A DNA stretch of 64,000 nt from Trichoplax sp. H2 (lineage: Eukaryota), in the NCBI GenBank assembly GCA_003344405.1, contig NOWV01000191.1, forward strand, positions 1 through 64,000, given 5' to 3'. Shown one piece after another: positions 13,090 through 25,830 of this stretch (position 1 is its first letter; every line of letters starts with the position of its first letter). The notes under the pieces are model-generated. The model did no database searches. It saw only the letters and a program-made list of their open reading frames with translations, and was not told where the DNA came from. The translations under genes and the position numbers were made by a program.

Positions 13090-14285
13090 ATTTAATCTCA
13101 AATTTAGTTCTATAAGATTTAAGATAATCCATAGTTCAGTATTTATTTAGGACATATTGTATCATCTATATTACACCTTCTAATTTCCAATTGTTATATT
13201 TTTGTGAGTAGTTCACATCTCATATAGCAGAATCAAATAAAGTTAGTTAAGAAAATTTGTGATTCACACAACGTCTCTACTAAGCATAGTTACATATAGT
13301 AATTTCGAGTACTTCCATAATATCCATACTTTGAACCATTCCATTATGGGCATAGCCTAGCCCCAAGTTAGCTTAATATTAAAATCATAAGTGTGTAATA
13401 TTATCATGACATAGCAAGGTTGGGATCATTAGCGTGTTTTTTCCATAAGCACACTATGAAAATGTGTTATATTTTGTATACCTTCTATATTACGATAACT
13501 ATAACAAACCACTGGTACGAGTATTTGTTGTACTGGCCATGACTGCACGTATTGGTACTGCATTGCATTGCATTACTGAATAGTATTTGCGTATAAATGG
13601 GTTGCAGAGTTAAGAGTAAAGTTAGTTACGAGTTATGGGTAACGAGTACGCTTGAACATCTACGTTCTAGGCCAGCACTTGAGAGTAGGCTGGTAGAATT
13701 TTTACCAAGTTTTAACGCAATGTTAAACACGACTGATTCTACTAAGAGATATTGTGATAACATTATCAATTTAGAGCTGGTCTAGCCAATTAATTGGGAG
13801 GATATAATTGTGTTGCTAAAAATCATTCAGTAACTAATTTTACGTTTAGGATTTTGTCGTAATAATTTGAATAGTCTGATTGCAGCTAGATAGGCCTTGG
13901 TATTTGGAAAGCGAACCTAATTTATGTAATAAAATTAAGTTCACAAGAAACTGTAGTGCTTGTTTATTTATTTTAAAAGACTCGTTATCACAATATCAGG
14001 ATAAATTATACCATCAGTGATTCCAAATAAAACATGGCTCACATACTTAGCCATAGCGTGTTTCAATCTCTAATTTCGTTCTATCAATTTAAGATAAACT
14101 CCAACGTTAGTATCTTAGAACGTATCGCACCGTTTATATTAGATCTTCTAAATTTTAGTCGCTGTGACTGATTTGGAGCTCATGCAAAAGAATCAAATGA
14201 AATTGATGGAGTATATTTATGATCTAAACAAACGCCTCTATCTGATAGAGTTAAATATAATATTCTTTAAACGCTTCTGTAATTC
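13090..14285. repeat. Old diverged direct repeat pair (~230 bp; about 13090-13323 and 14061-14285)
   Basis: Collinear blocks: TTTAATCTCAAATTTAGTTCTATAAGATTTAAGATAA vs TTCAATCTCTAATTTCGTTCTATCAATTTAAGATAA; CTCATATAGCAGAATCAAATAAAGTT vs CTCATGCAAAAGAATCAAATGAAATT; CAACGTCTCTA vs AAACGCCTCTA. Confidence 0.7.
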
Positions 14286-16075
14286 TTGTAATTGAAAATA
14301 GATCAGTAAAGAATAGAGAATGTCGTGATTTTGTTAAAATGTATCAAAGGTCTTACGACAGGGGCATTTATTTGTACAATTAACGTTAGCAAAACTAAAT
14401 AATTAGCATAGCTGATCACTTTATTATCGGAGATCCTTTATTACTGGAGATGTCATATCTATTTTAATGGCTATAATCACGTTATCGACTAAAAGCATAA
14501 GAGTTCAATCAGTTGTTTTTTATGCCTGATGTGGGAAAGCATAATTTCTATCATTGATACACTATAAAAGTCTAAAAATTAACCTTTAAACATCAAGATT
14601 TAGTCATAAAAATAACGGTCTAACTACTTAACAATCAACGCAACCTCTGCCAATTTCCATCTTATTTTCTATTTTCCTAACTAAACTTTCCTAATGTGAC
14701 TTTCATGTCACGTCATAAAATTCCAAAGTTTCAAATTCATAACAAAAAGTTCAAATTTCAAAAATCATCTCTTACGATATTTTTCATAAACTAAAATCCA
14801 AAAATTAAAACAGATAAATTAATACAGAAAAATTATATCGGACATAAATCCGACCGGTTCCGGAATCCCAATCCCAAAAATCCGGATTTTATAAAGATTA
14901 CTGTAATCGCTTATCAAGAAATTTTATATGACTACTACGACTACTTTTCTGACATTAGTATCGCTTAGTATTGACAGTTGATGTTTTAGCGTCAGGTTGT
15001 ACGGTAACTGTACGATTATAGACTACATTACATTATTCTACTGTCATGTTATAAATCCCCTTTCTCTATGGATAGGGTTTTTATTACTAAGTCAGATTCA
15101 TTTACAGTTTGAATAGACGATCAAACGCCCTTTCTTTAGATTAGGTAATTGCTCTAGGGCTACTTCTATAGTAATCTATATGATACCCTGTAAAATAATG
15201 AAGAAGATGGCGACATGATGATTTGGCAGGGTAAAACTTAAAGACACTATCACTTTCTAGGTATTTTCTACAGTAAAATAATACTAGCTACATACTAAAA
15301 GCTATAAAGGACTCTACTTTTAGTCCTTTACTACATATGATTGTAATATTAAGGTTTTAAGTTTCGATATAAACACATAGAAGTATGCAATAAATGTATT
15401 TTATTAAAGTTAGTTAAGTTAATCAGTTATTGAATAGGAACGTTATCACTTAAATCATGTTTACTCCTCTACTGTAGTAATAATTGCAATACTCGAAGCC
15501 CAATTAAGATATTAAAATTATCCTCATCATGTGTAAGATATAAGTTAATGGATAAGTGTATTACAATGTTGTATTACTCGTAAATGTTATTATGAAAGTA
15601 AACGTAGAATGTACATATTAGGCAGACATATGTACATTAGTATATTGAAATTTTAAAAGTCACAATTAATTACCAAAATGATTATTTTATCGATGACAAC
15701 AGTTAAGCAGCGGTAATAAATGCAAATACTTAAAACTATTGCAACAGCTTATTACCAACAATGTAATATTTCCTTAAACTGCTCTAAGTGGCTTTCTGCT
15801 CAGTAATTCTACTACTGGGTATCCATTTAACTGACTAATCTTAAAAGTACGCCTTAGTTTGCAGTATACTTAGGTAAGAGACGCTATTATCGGAATGAAA
15901 TTTTTTATATAAAATAGTGACATGCTCTACTTTGCAACTAAAATTAGTAATAATTTACTTAATGAGGTGAGTTTCTTATATAATCATACCAACTTTATCC
16001 AGTGCCAAACAAGCAATAATTTACCACTTAGTTATTATATGATTATTATGATATGGCATATTAATCATTAATATC

Positions 16076-18985
16076 ACTCGCACTCTATCGAGTATAAAAC
16101 CACTATTTAATTTTATCTTTCTTAGCTACTTGTATCATACTTACAGTTAATTCTATAAATCCATTAATAGAATGTAATGATAGCCTTCTGTTACGATTTT
16201 CCTCACCACAAATGTTTGGTAGATGTTAATATTATTAAAATCTGTTTATAGGTTACTAATAGAGTTATTAGTATTTGTATAGAAAGGTTGTATCACAATT
16301 AAGATGGCAGGCTTATTATTAATGAATATTACTTGTTAGACTGTAGTGTTAAGAGTACTTGTCGTATTTCGTACTATTGCTATATTTAGGATGTTATTAT
16401 CACTTCTTCCTATTTGGTAGATTGGTCACATGTTATTATTGTTATTGAGGTTTACCTGTTAGAGCATATTGATACAATAAATTAATTATTATTGTTTGTA
16501 ATACTACACATACGATAGATTATAAGCTTTATTATGAAATACTCATACTAATGTCATTAACTCTATTTTTTATAGTAATCTATAGATATCTAAATCTCTT
16601 TACAATATACGTATTTACTTGTCAACAGGGCAAGAGGATGCTATATAAATGGACGCTTCTCTTACCCTCAAAAAGTTCCCGTAAAACTGCATCCCATATT
16701 TCTTAGAATTTAAATAAACGTAGTTATTCTAGCTCTCTCTCTCTGTCTCGTTCGTGAGTTCTAACCCTTGTTACAACAACAAGTCCTAGATTATAACATT
16801 ACTTAATTGGATTCTACTGGTTAACGTAATATATTTATATTAACTTTTATTATTGCCTATACCAATTATTAGATTAAATTCTCTATTGTCAAGTAATTTA
16901 CTTATTAATTTATTGATTAATATTTCCTTACACGGAAATCAGTAAATAGCTATGAATAGATATAGGTTACATCCATTAAGTAAGAAACATCATCTTATAT
17001 ACTACAGTAGATCGTGTTAATGGAACTTTTTTATGATTATTATTTTACCGTAATAGAAACCGAGGTCAACTTTATTTTCTTTCTTTATATCACATAATGA
17101 AAGACGCTTACTATTTTATTTGCCTTGTAACATAGTAAAGATAAATATGGATGTAATAATTTCAGTGCATAACAAAGTGCCATTAGAAAGGACTGTATCA
17201 GCTCATGTTATTACCGATCTAAATGTAAAGGTCCTCCTTGTATCTTTCAATCTTCGCAGTCAAATCAACATGAAATCAAATAAATTTATCCTTAGTTTAT
17301 ATTCGTCTTACTTAATTTCATATATACGATTTTAACTCCGTTATAATTTCTCTAGATTCTTAACTATAATCCGATTATATTATCACTTTCATGTAGTAGT
17401 ATAAGCAATCCGGCGCTAACACACTACCTAGTTTAAATATTATCTTGAAACTATTACGGTATGCAAACACTACACTTGCGACACAAGAAACAACTCAGTA
17501 CTTCCAGTGAATTTCACTTTAATCCGTAAGACTACTTTCCTAGCCTACGATACGGTAACTGGAATCTTTATGNNNNNNNNNNNNNNNNNNNNACTCGCAC
17601 TCTATCGAGTATAAAACCACTATTTAATTTTATCTTTCTTAGCTACTTGTATCATACTTACAGTTAATTCTATAAATCCATTAATAGAATCTAATGATAG
17701 CCTTCTGTTACGATTTTCCTCACCACAAATGTTTGGTAGATGTTAATATTATTAGAATCTGTTTATAGGTTACTAATAGAGTTATTAGCATTTGTATAGA
17801 AAGCTTGTATCACAATTAAGATGGCAGGCTTATTATTAATGAATATTACTTGTCAGACTGTAGTGTTAAGAGTACTTGTGGTATTTCGTACTATTGCTAT
17901 ATTTAGGGTGTTATCACTTCTTCCTATTTGGTAGATTGGCCACATGTTATTATTGTTATTGAGGCTTACCTGTTAGAGCATATTGATACAATAATTAATT
18001 ATTATTGTTTGTAATACTACACATACGATAGATTATAAGCTTTATTATGAAATATTCATACTAATGTCATTAACTCTATTTTTTATAGTAATGTATAGAT
18101 ATCTAAATCTCTTTATAATAAACGTATTTACTTGTCGACAGGGCTAGAGAATGCTATATAAATGAACTCTTCTCTTACCCTCAAAAAGTTCCCGTAAAAC
18201 TGCATCCCATATTTCTTAGAATTTAAATAAACGTAGTTATTCTAGCTCTCTCTCTCTATCTCTCGTTCGTGAGTTCTAACCCTTGTTACAACTACAAGTC
18301 CTAGATTATAACAGTACTTAATTGGATTCTACTGGTTAACGTAATATATTTATATTAAGACTTATTATTACCTATACCAATTATTAGATTAAATTCTCTA
18401 TAGTCAAGTAATTTACTTATTAATTTGTTAATTAATATTTCCTTACACGGAAATCTGTAAATAGCTATGAATAGATATAGGTTACATCCATTAAGTAAGA
18501 AACATTATCTTACATACTACAGTATATCGTCTTAATGGAATTTCAAACTTTTTTATGATTATTATTATACCGTAATAGAAACATAACAAAATGCCATTAG
18601 AAAGGACTGTATCAGCTCATGTTATTACCGATCTAAATGTAATGGCCCTCCTTGTATCTTTCAATCTTCGCTGTCAAATCAAATGAGATCAAATAAATTT
18701 ATCCTTAGTTTATATTCATCTTACTTAAATTCGTATATACAATTTTAACTCCGTTATAATTTCTCTAGATTCTTAATTATAATCCGATTATATTATCACT
18801 TTCATATAGTAGTATAAGCAATCCGGCGCTAACACACTACCTAGTTTAAACATTATCTTGAAACTATTACGGTATGCAACAACTACCCTTGCGACACAAG
18901 AAGCAACTCAGTACTTCCAGTGAATTTCAATTTAATCCGTAAGACTACTTCCCTAGCCTACGATACGGTAACTGGAATCTTTATG
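16076..18985. repeat. ~1.4-1.5 kb direct duplication across a 20-N gap (16076-17572 vs 17593-18985); probably two uncollapsed haplotypes
   Basis: Copy 1 ends exactly at the gap (N 17573-17592) and copy 2 starts exactly after it. The copies differ by scattered SNPs, small indels and a ~107-bp segment (about 17061-17167) present only in copy 1. Confidence 0.9.
16334..16798 (+). mobile_element. Candidate solo LTR (second copy inside the duplicated segment)
   Basis: TGTTA...TAACA ends, TTACT on both flanks in copy 1, TATATAAA at 16642, AATAAA at 16713, then a (CT)n tract. Ends and flank are imperfect in copy 2. Confidence 0.35.
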
Positions 18986-20625
18986 AAGTACACATACTAA
19001 CATATAACACAATATAACGTAACTTTCTTCTTTTTCTTCTTCACTCTTTATTAATTACTATTCCACTTGTATACTCTATCAGTCATAGTAAACCTATTTA
19101 CTGCGCTATCAGCATATTTTAATAAGAATAATATTGTTTTAATTCGTTCGTAACAATTAACAATATATTCTGTAGCTCATATAATACGCAGCATAAGCAT
19201 ATCCGCGTAAATTTTTTATTATTTCATATCAACTGGGTTAACATCCTGTTACTTCGTTGATAAAGATATCATACTAATGTATTTACTACAACAACAGACG
19301 TAACTTACCGATGATACCCATACAACTTAATATGAATAGACGATTATATAATATATGCAATCGTTGCATACGAGTATCCACCCTCTGACCGTACTAATTT
19401 AAACTCATCACAACGTTAATAGATGATTAAATGAATGGGAATTAAATGAAATCCAATCTAATTTAATCTATTAACTTGCTAATCTGCTCGCATTTTAATT
19501 GATTATCAAGTATTTTATTTAGAAATTCTTATAACCCTATTACCCAAAGTTTTTGAGAGAAAGTTATGTTAATACGTTTGTAACAGGTTCTAAAATCATG
19601 AAAACCATAAGCATGATCAGGAGCTGAATAAATTTCCTTAATTTTAGCTCCATAATTATATGTAGAATACAAGCACCATATTTCATTAAGCAGTAGTGAT
19701 AAATATTAATTCTGGAATTGTGCCTTATAAATTATCAAACGATACAGTAACGTCAACAGTAAGAAAAATGAAAGAGAATTTTATAAAAACTCGATATTTT
19801 TTCGTAGGTACAATGATGCATGCCAAGCTATAAATAACAGCTTAATTACGGTATGTATTGTCAATACTATACTATGCGGAAATATTAATCAGTTGCACTT
19901 ATATTGCCGTTTCCTTAAATCTTTAATAACATATGATAATCCAGAAACAACACCTGTATTACAAAACTAAAGAAGTGCCTTTGACTAATTTACAAAATTA
20001 TATATACATTGCAACGCCGAAAGATATAATTTTTGTATCAGTCAGCAAAATCTCCAATAATGAGATGCATTACAATATCAATAGACAAGTTACATGACAC
20101 GTTATAATTCAAAGAAAGTAGCTATTATAATTATAATTGTTACTTAAGATTTCTTCTTAATTGATTTCACATTACCACATAGATTTCAACCTCGTTTAAT
20201 CAAAATTATAGACATCTTCTTTGCCAGTTAATAATCGTTAGAATCGGTTGATAACTTATAGCCAGTTAATCATGGAAGGTAAAGGTACATGTTGTTCTAA
20301 CATTATTTCAATCGGGTATAATAACTTCAAAAAGCATAGAGAAAAAGGAAGAGGTATATCTTCCCATATTATTTAGAAAATCAACTAATAAATGATTGCT
20401 CTAGCTTCGTCTGCAGTTTATAAACTGTAGCATCATATTAAATGCACCAAATTGTAAATTTTTGAGAAAAAATAATAATACTTGATATCAAATCAATTAA
20501 GGTCATGTATAACCTTCGATGAATAGTATAAAGTCTTTCATAGTCATAATCAGTATCACGATTTAAGTGTAAAAACCAGTTCAAATAGCAATACAAAATT
20601 TATTAAATCAGTCCGTATCACATAT

Positions 20626-23600
20626 TCAATCAATTGTTTTGTATAATGAAAATAAGTGATATAGTACCCTTAATGTTGATTTAATATCCTTAGAAACCAC
20701 ATCTGTAATCACAACAACAAAAATTAATAAATATCTTTAAGACTATTTGCTGTTACATCATCATACATACCTGCTGATACAACTCTGACTTTAAGCTCTT
20801 CGTTCTGTTCCATTAAATCAAGAGCGAAGGAAACATTATGTATCTGGAATAATACGATGTATATAACATTTATTATTATCACAAGAATTTTGAAAATTAA
20901 AGCTGCGGATAACGCTACTAAGCCTTATGACTTGGTGAACATTCACAAAATACACCAATTTATTACTTCATACCTTTTCCTTTTCATTACTAGGCGTTTT
21001 ATAATATTTATGAAAGGGCACAAAGTATCCTTCCAATAGACCAGTTAATATGATAAAATTAACACCATTATGGAACTTGGACATATATTTTGCAATGATA
21101 AAAACTGAAAATTAAATTCCTGTTGAGCAAATTTGATTATTTCAATAGTTCCCTTACCTGAGTCTCAATATCGTATACCTCTATGTTGACTTTTGACAAA
21201 TGTTTATTTGCAAATGCTGTGAGTGACTAGAAAAAACATCGTAATAAACTATTACTGATAATCTAAGCCAGATGAAGACAATAGATTTAATTATGTAAAC
21301 TATCTATTATTCATGTACAACTTTGCTTACCCGTTTTACTACCTGAAGCTTCTCATCTGTCTGTTCGAATAAGACATCAAAGACATCCCTCCCTGAACAG
21401 AAATAGTATTAAGAAAATCGAAACACAACCTGGCTATTACGCTACATAGCACAAAGACAGTAAATAAAAATCTAACATACCTTGAACACCCGAATTCGTA
21501 TCCCTAAATAGCGTAAGAATCCATTTAGCACGAGAAATTTGCTTATTTTATGAATCGTTAAATCACTTTACTACTGTATTTATAACGCAAGATGTAATCA
21601 ATTATCATTGATATGCTATCGTTATACTTACGACTGAGGGAATCCAGTGATCATTTCTTTAAAATTATTTACAGCTAATCGACCATCCTGCATCTATAAT
21701 GTAACCATAATTTATTGTTAATGTTTAATATTTCTCAGGTTCAGTAACAATGTCATAGTGTCAAAAAAATTCAGACAGCCACTTTCAGTAAGTATACCTT
21801 TACAGAAATGACAGGCATCGACACGTTAGCAGGCAATTTCGGAGGATTTTGACTTTGCTTGGAGATTTCAACCAATATTTGCAAAATTGATATTGCATTC
21901 TTCGAGTAAACTTCTAAGGTTCAAGGGTGGAAAGAAAAAATAAGGAACCGAAATAATACGCATTCACATTAAGAGACTGGGAAAATATAAGATCCTTTTA
22001 TGCTTTAGATCATACATTTATAATCTTCAATACGGTTCAATTCAAAATTATTTTCTCTACATTTTCTATTGTTAAATATCTGAAATCACTTACTTTCGAC
22101 AGACCAGTTCTTTCCACTTTCGGGATGTAACCACCTATGCACGTAATCCAATACGACTCTTAACCGTTCTTTCTACTCAAACAATTGCAAATAAGAAGAG
22201 ACATTATTGTCAATCATAGATTAAATAAACTATCACACCGTAATATTCACCGATTACAATTCAATTTCTATTACCTGACTTGCCACAGATTGCGCAATCT
22301 CAGGTACATCTAGTTTGGTACGGGCTAACTTTTCTATCCATATTAATACCAAATATTATTACAAAGAATCATCTCAACCATATATTAGTCGGTAAATTCT
22401 CTATATTACTTTAATAGCATTATGATATAGCCGTACGCTATTAATCCATGTAAAAGATGTTATCGATACTTGAAATATACAAATATCGCTTTACCTGTAA
22501 GAATAGCAAGTACTTGTCCATCGTATATATCATCTAATATATCTCTGACAATAATATGTTTATCTGATAATTCATCATGTATCCAATCAGTCAGACACTA
22601 TCCAATCAATAGCATTTTGCATTAAGAGAACGATCCAGTCGTTTAAGTAAGATTTACATTAGCGACACACCATGTGTCATTAATAAAGTTCTATGTTACT
22701 GATGTTAAAATTACAATAAGGTGATGCGTTTAAAAATTGCAGCAGTATAAACAGTTATCTGAGCGTCTTTAAGCTTTACTTGCGCTATATGAAGTTTAAA
22801 ATAATGACGAAATAAAATTGTGACATAAAACTCTTCTTGATATTTTTAAGGTAAATTGCCTAACATTTTAACGGTTTAACCGTGATGCAATTAGTATTAA
22901 CGATATTATTGCAGTACCTCGATCAATTCCTTCACCTTTGCATCTTCTAAAGCTCTCGGTTTAAGCATTTCACGGGACTCGTCTTCATCTTTAGTATGGT
23001 GCATTACAGAAAATAGTAAATTGTAGCCATATTATTACTTTATAAATTATCTTAAAGCTGTAATAAGTAACAATTGTTGACGTGTTCGGCGATAAAGAAT
23101 GAAAAGTAATGTTACAATGTTTGTTACCTAGTACAAAATTTTCTTCTGATATATTGGGTTTGCCTAGCTGGAGAGCATCACGATCGAAACCTTCTAATAA
23201 ATACGCTACAAAATAAAATTTAAAGTCTCTATAATTAATTATATATATTACAACGAATGTTAGAACATTATCTAATGTACTGTATATAACAATCTTAATA
23301 ATATAAACGAACTCCAATAAATCTAATCAATGAAATAGATGTCAAACTTCACGCTATCAATACAGTGCAGTAGGTATAACATTTAATCCAGCATTGTACT
23401 GTACAATAGATCATCCAATAATTATAATAAATGCATACTGTATATAATAATTTATTTTTTATAAGCTCAACGGCAATAACAACACATTCTAGCCATCATT
23501 CTATTAGGTTATAATTTAACACTGTTATGAACCAATATACTCACAAGAAGCAACGCCATAAAGTATGGCGAGTGCCATATGTACGGTACATACTGTATCC

Positions 23601-23707
23601 TTCCTTTATAAACCACTATTACTGTATTTATTTATCCTAGTATTGATGCATAAGCTCTAACCTGGCCTTTGACTTGATTTTTTACTTTTTCTCACACTAA
23701 ATGCCAT
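20626..23707 (-). CDS. PARV: Parvin (alpha/beta-parvin family, two calponin-homology domains), 14 coding exons, ~339 aa
   Basis: Exons 23662-23707, 23128-23205, 22918-22988, 22495-22597, 22275-22333, 22094-22172, 21798-21913, 21632-21693, 21481-21503, 21331-21392, 21158-21226, 20974-21075, 20771-20843 and 20626-20702 splice in frame (GT-AG). Translation includes LTDWIHDELSDKHIIVRDILDDIYDGQVL, RDVFDVLF...KLQVVKRSLTAFANKHL, ETQFHNGVNFIILTGLLEGYFVP, HNVSFALDLM and DIKSTLRVLYHLF...*, matching parvin motifs. An extra in-frame upstream mini-exon (ATGGTAGA, 23901-23908) is possible. Confidence 0.95.
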
Positions 23708-24199
23708 GATCCTGCAATTATTCCAATACGCATTGAATTAACTAAATATCAATATATTCTTTTGATTTCTGCCATAGTAAATTATTTCCCCGATGGTTGA
23801 CAATCACATTTCCGATATGAACATCTCTATCTACTAGGTTTTATTCTAGTTGTTAGCAAGCAAACATGACCAGATATCCTGTATATCTTGTCCTACTCAC
23901 TCTACCATGTTAAATCGTTATCAAAGCAGTATTGCAACTTGGAAACAACAACTCAGGTGCGTAAGTGTGTAGATAATAAAATAAACTCTATTTGGGGCGA
24001 AAGAAGGAGTCAAAACTAGAGTAAATAAGCTAGTATCCATTTCTATGCCATGTAAATTAACGCTGTATTATGTAGCTTGTTAACAATGAAAATGGCCATA
24101 AAAAGACAATTGCAGGAATTTTGAATAAAACGTTGCTGTATTGTGTAAGGACTTTTTAGGATCAAGTTGGGAATATCCGCTTCATTTTAGGTAGTAAAC

Positions 24200-24463
24200 A
24201 TGGCTGCAAGTTGTGGTTACAATTATATTATCATGATTTCTACTATCGATAGTTATTGTATCTACAAGATAGGAAAAAGTAGCAGCAAGCAGCACAAACA
24301 CAAGGAAGATGTCCGTTGTGTATTCTCTTTTATTGATATACGCGTATACTGTATGGAAAGAATCGATGATTGCATAAAGTGTATTTTTGTAATCACCAAC
24401 AGAAAAATTGACGATCTCATCCAGTGTAGAATAAAACTACCGACCAAGGCTAAATTGATATGA
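24200..24463 (+). pseudogene. Degenerate T5orf172/GIY-YIG-like ORF (virus/transposon-type)
   Basis: GYNYIIMISTIDSYCIYKIGKS resembles the G-Y-x-Y...YKIG N-terminus of T5orf172 domains; a downstream ME...LHKV-like segment appears only after a frame change. Intronless. Confidence 0.4.
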
Positions 24464-25830
24464 TCGTCTTGATACAAGTTGATCAAAAATGGAATCATGA
24501 CGAATTCAAACATCAAGAATTATTATTCTACGCGTACATATACGAATACTTGTATGATACAATCAGGAATTTCAATATCGAACAAAGTCTAGTTTCGTTT
24601 GATATCGTCGCAATTCCAGCAAGAATCCTACTAGTACAAGATATTATGTATACAAATTAAGCAAGAATCCTCCTTCAAATTACACTGCTACGTCGGATGA
24701 TAGATTAAACCTACTGTAACGCTTGCCATTTCTACGCTATCGTACAAGACTGTCCAAAATCAACGCTATAGGCTGCTACTCAAGTCCTATTTAGGTCATG
24801 TACTGTACATGACTTCAAAAGGAGTTGAGTAGGTTAGTCATTCATCCATCTAAGTTAATACACCCTTGTGGATTGGGCTTTCTCACCACTACCATTTGCA
24901 AGACTCACCTGAGTAATTGATGATCTTTGTCCCTCTCGTCTACAGCACCCTAAAATATTACTCCTAATGGCAGCACTGCAATTCTTCAACTCTCTCCTAA
25001 TGTAATTCAACCATTAGAAAAATGTTGTTCAATGTGTCTCATTGAAAAGAAGCAGCCTTACTGGAATGAATTTGCTCTCAATTGCTCATCCACGATCGAC
25101 GATAGGCCTCAAAGGTGCAATGCATGCAAGTAGAAGGAAGAAAAACAACAACTTTTTGAAAAGCTTAGGTCGATCCTGTAGACCTGTACTGTAGATGGTC
25201 ACTACTAGCCACTACCGGTGTTGAACGGGATACTTGTATAATGTTTACACTAGAAAGAGCCAGAGGTATACACATGCGCAGTCAAAGTATTTCTTGCATC
25301 TCGTACGAAATTGTACGGTACAGTACAGAGTCTGATTATTTTGGATGGCACCCTGATAAGATAGATTTATTATGTACAGTACGGCCCAAACGAGATCAAT
25401 TCTTACGTTAGATAGAAATATTGTACAGGAATTTCAACGGAATACTACTTTGATTGATTTTTGAAAGTAGGGGTGACATCGAAAATAATCATACTGTACA
25501 CTCAGTGTACAGTAACATCGTGAACTTCATGGTTGGCTTCAAGGAACAGTATGACAAAGTTAAAAGGAAAACCTGGACAGCAACGCAGACGAAAAACCCT
25601 ACCTGTTAGCTATCGAAAGTAGTCCCAAAATATCCCAAAATACAGAATTAGTATGGACATCTTGCGCCTACTTTTTGGGCAGCACAGTACTCATTTGAAC
25701 TCTTTGATGATATTCTATGACTCATTTAAGGTATCATTTAATGGAAGTTGATCAACGAAAACTGGTTTCAACGCTGCTGATCGTATAAACTGTATTGTTT
25801 CCATACGGCAACAATAAGTCGAAGAGCAAT

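Noticed and set aside
19308-19393. Minus-strand exon-like segment MQRLHILYNRLFILSCMGII with GTAAGT donor
   Set aside because: No compatible downstream exon could be found.
20857-23317. ORFs 20857-21039 (+) and 22991-23317 (-) as standalone genes
   Set aside because: The first is antisense to a parvin exon; the second is a parvin exon read through into introns.
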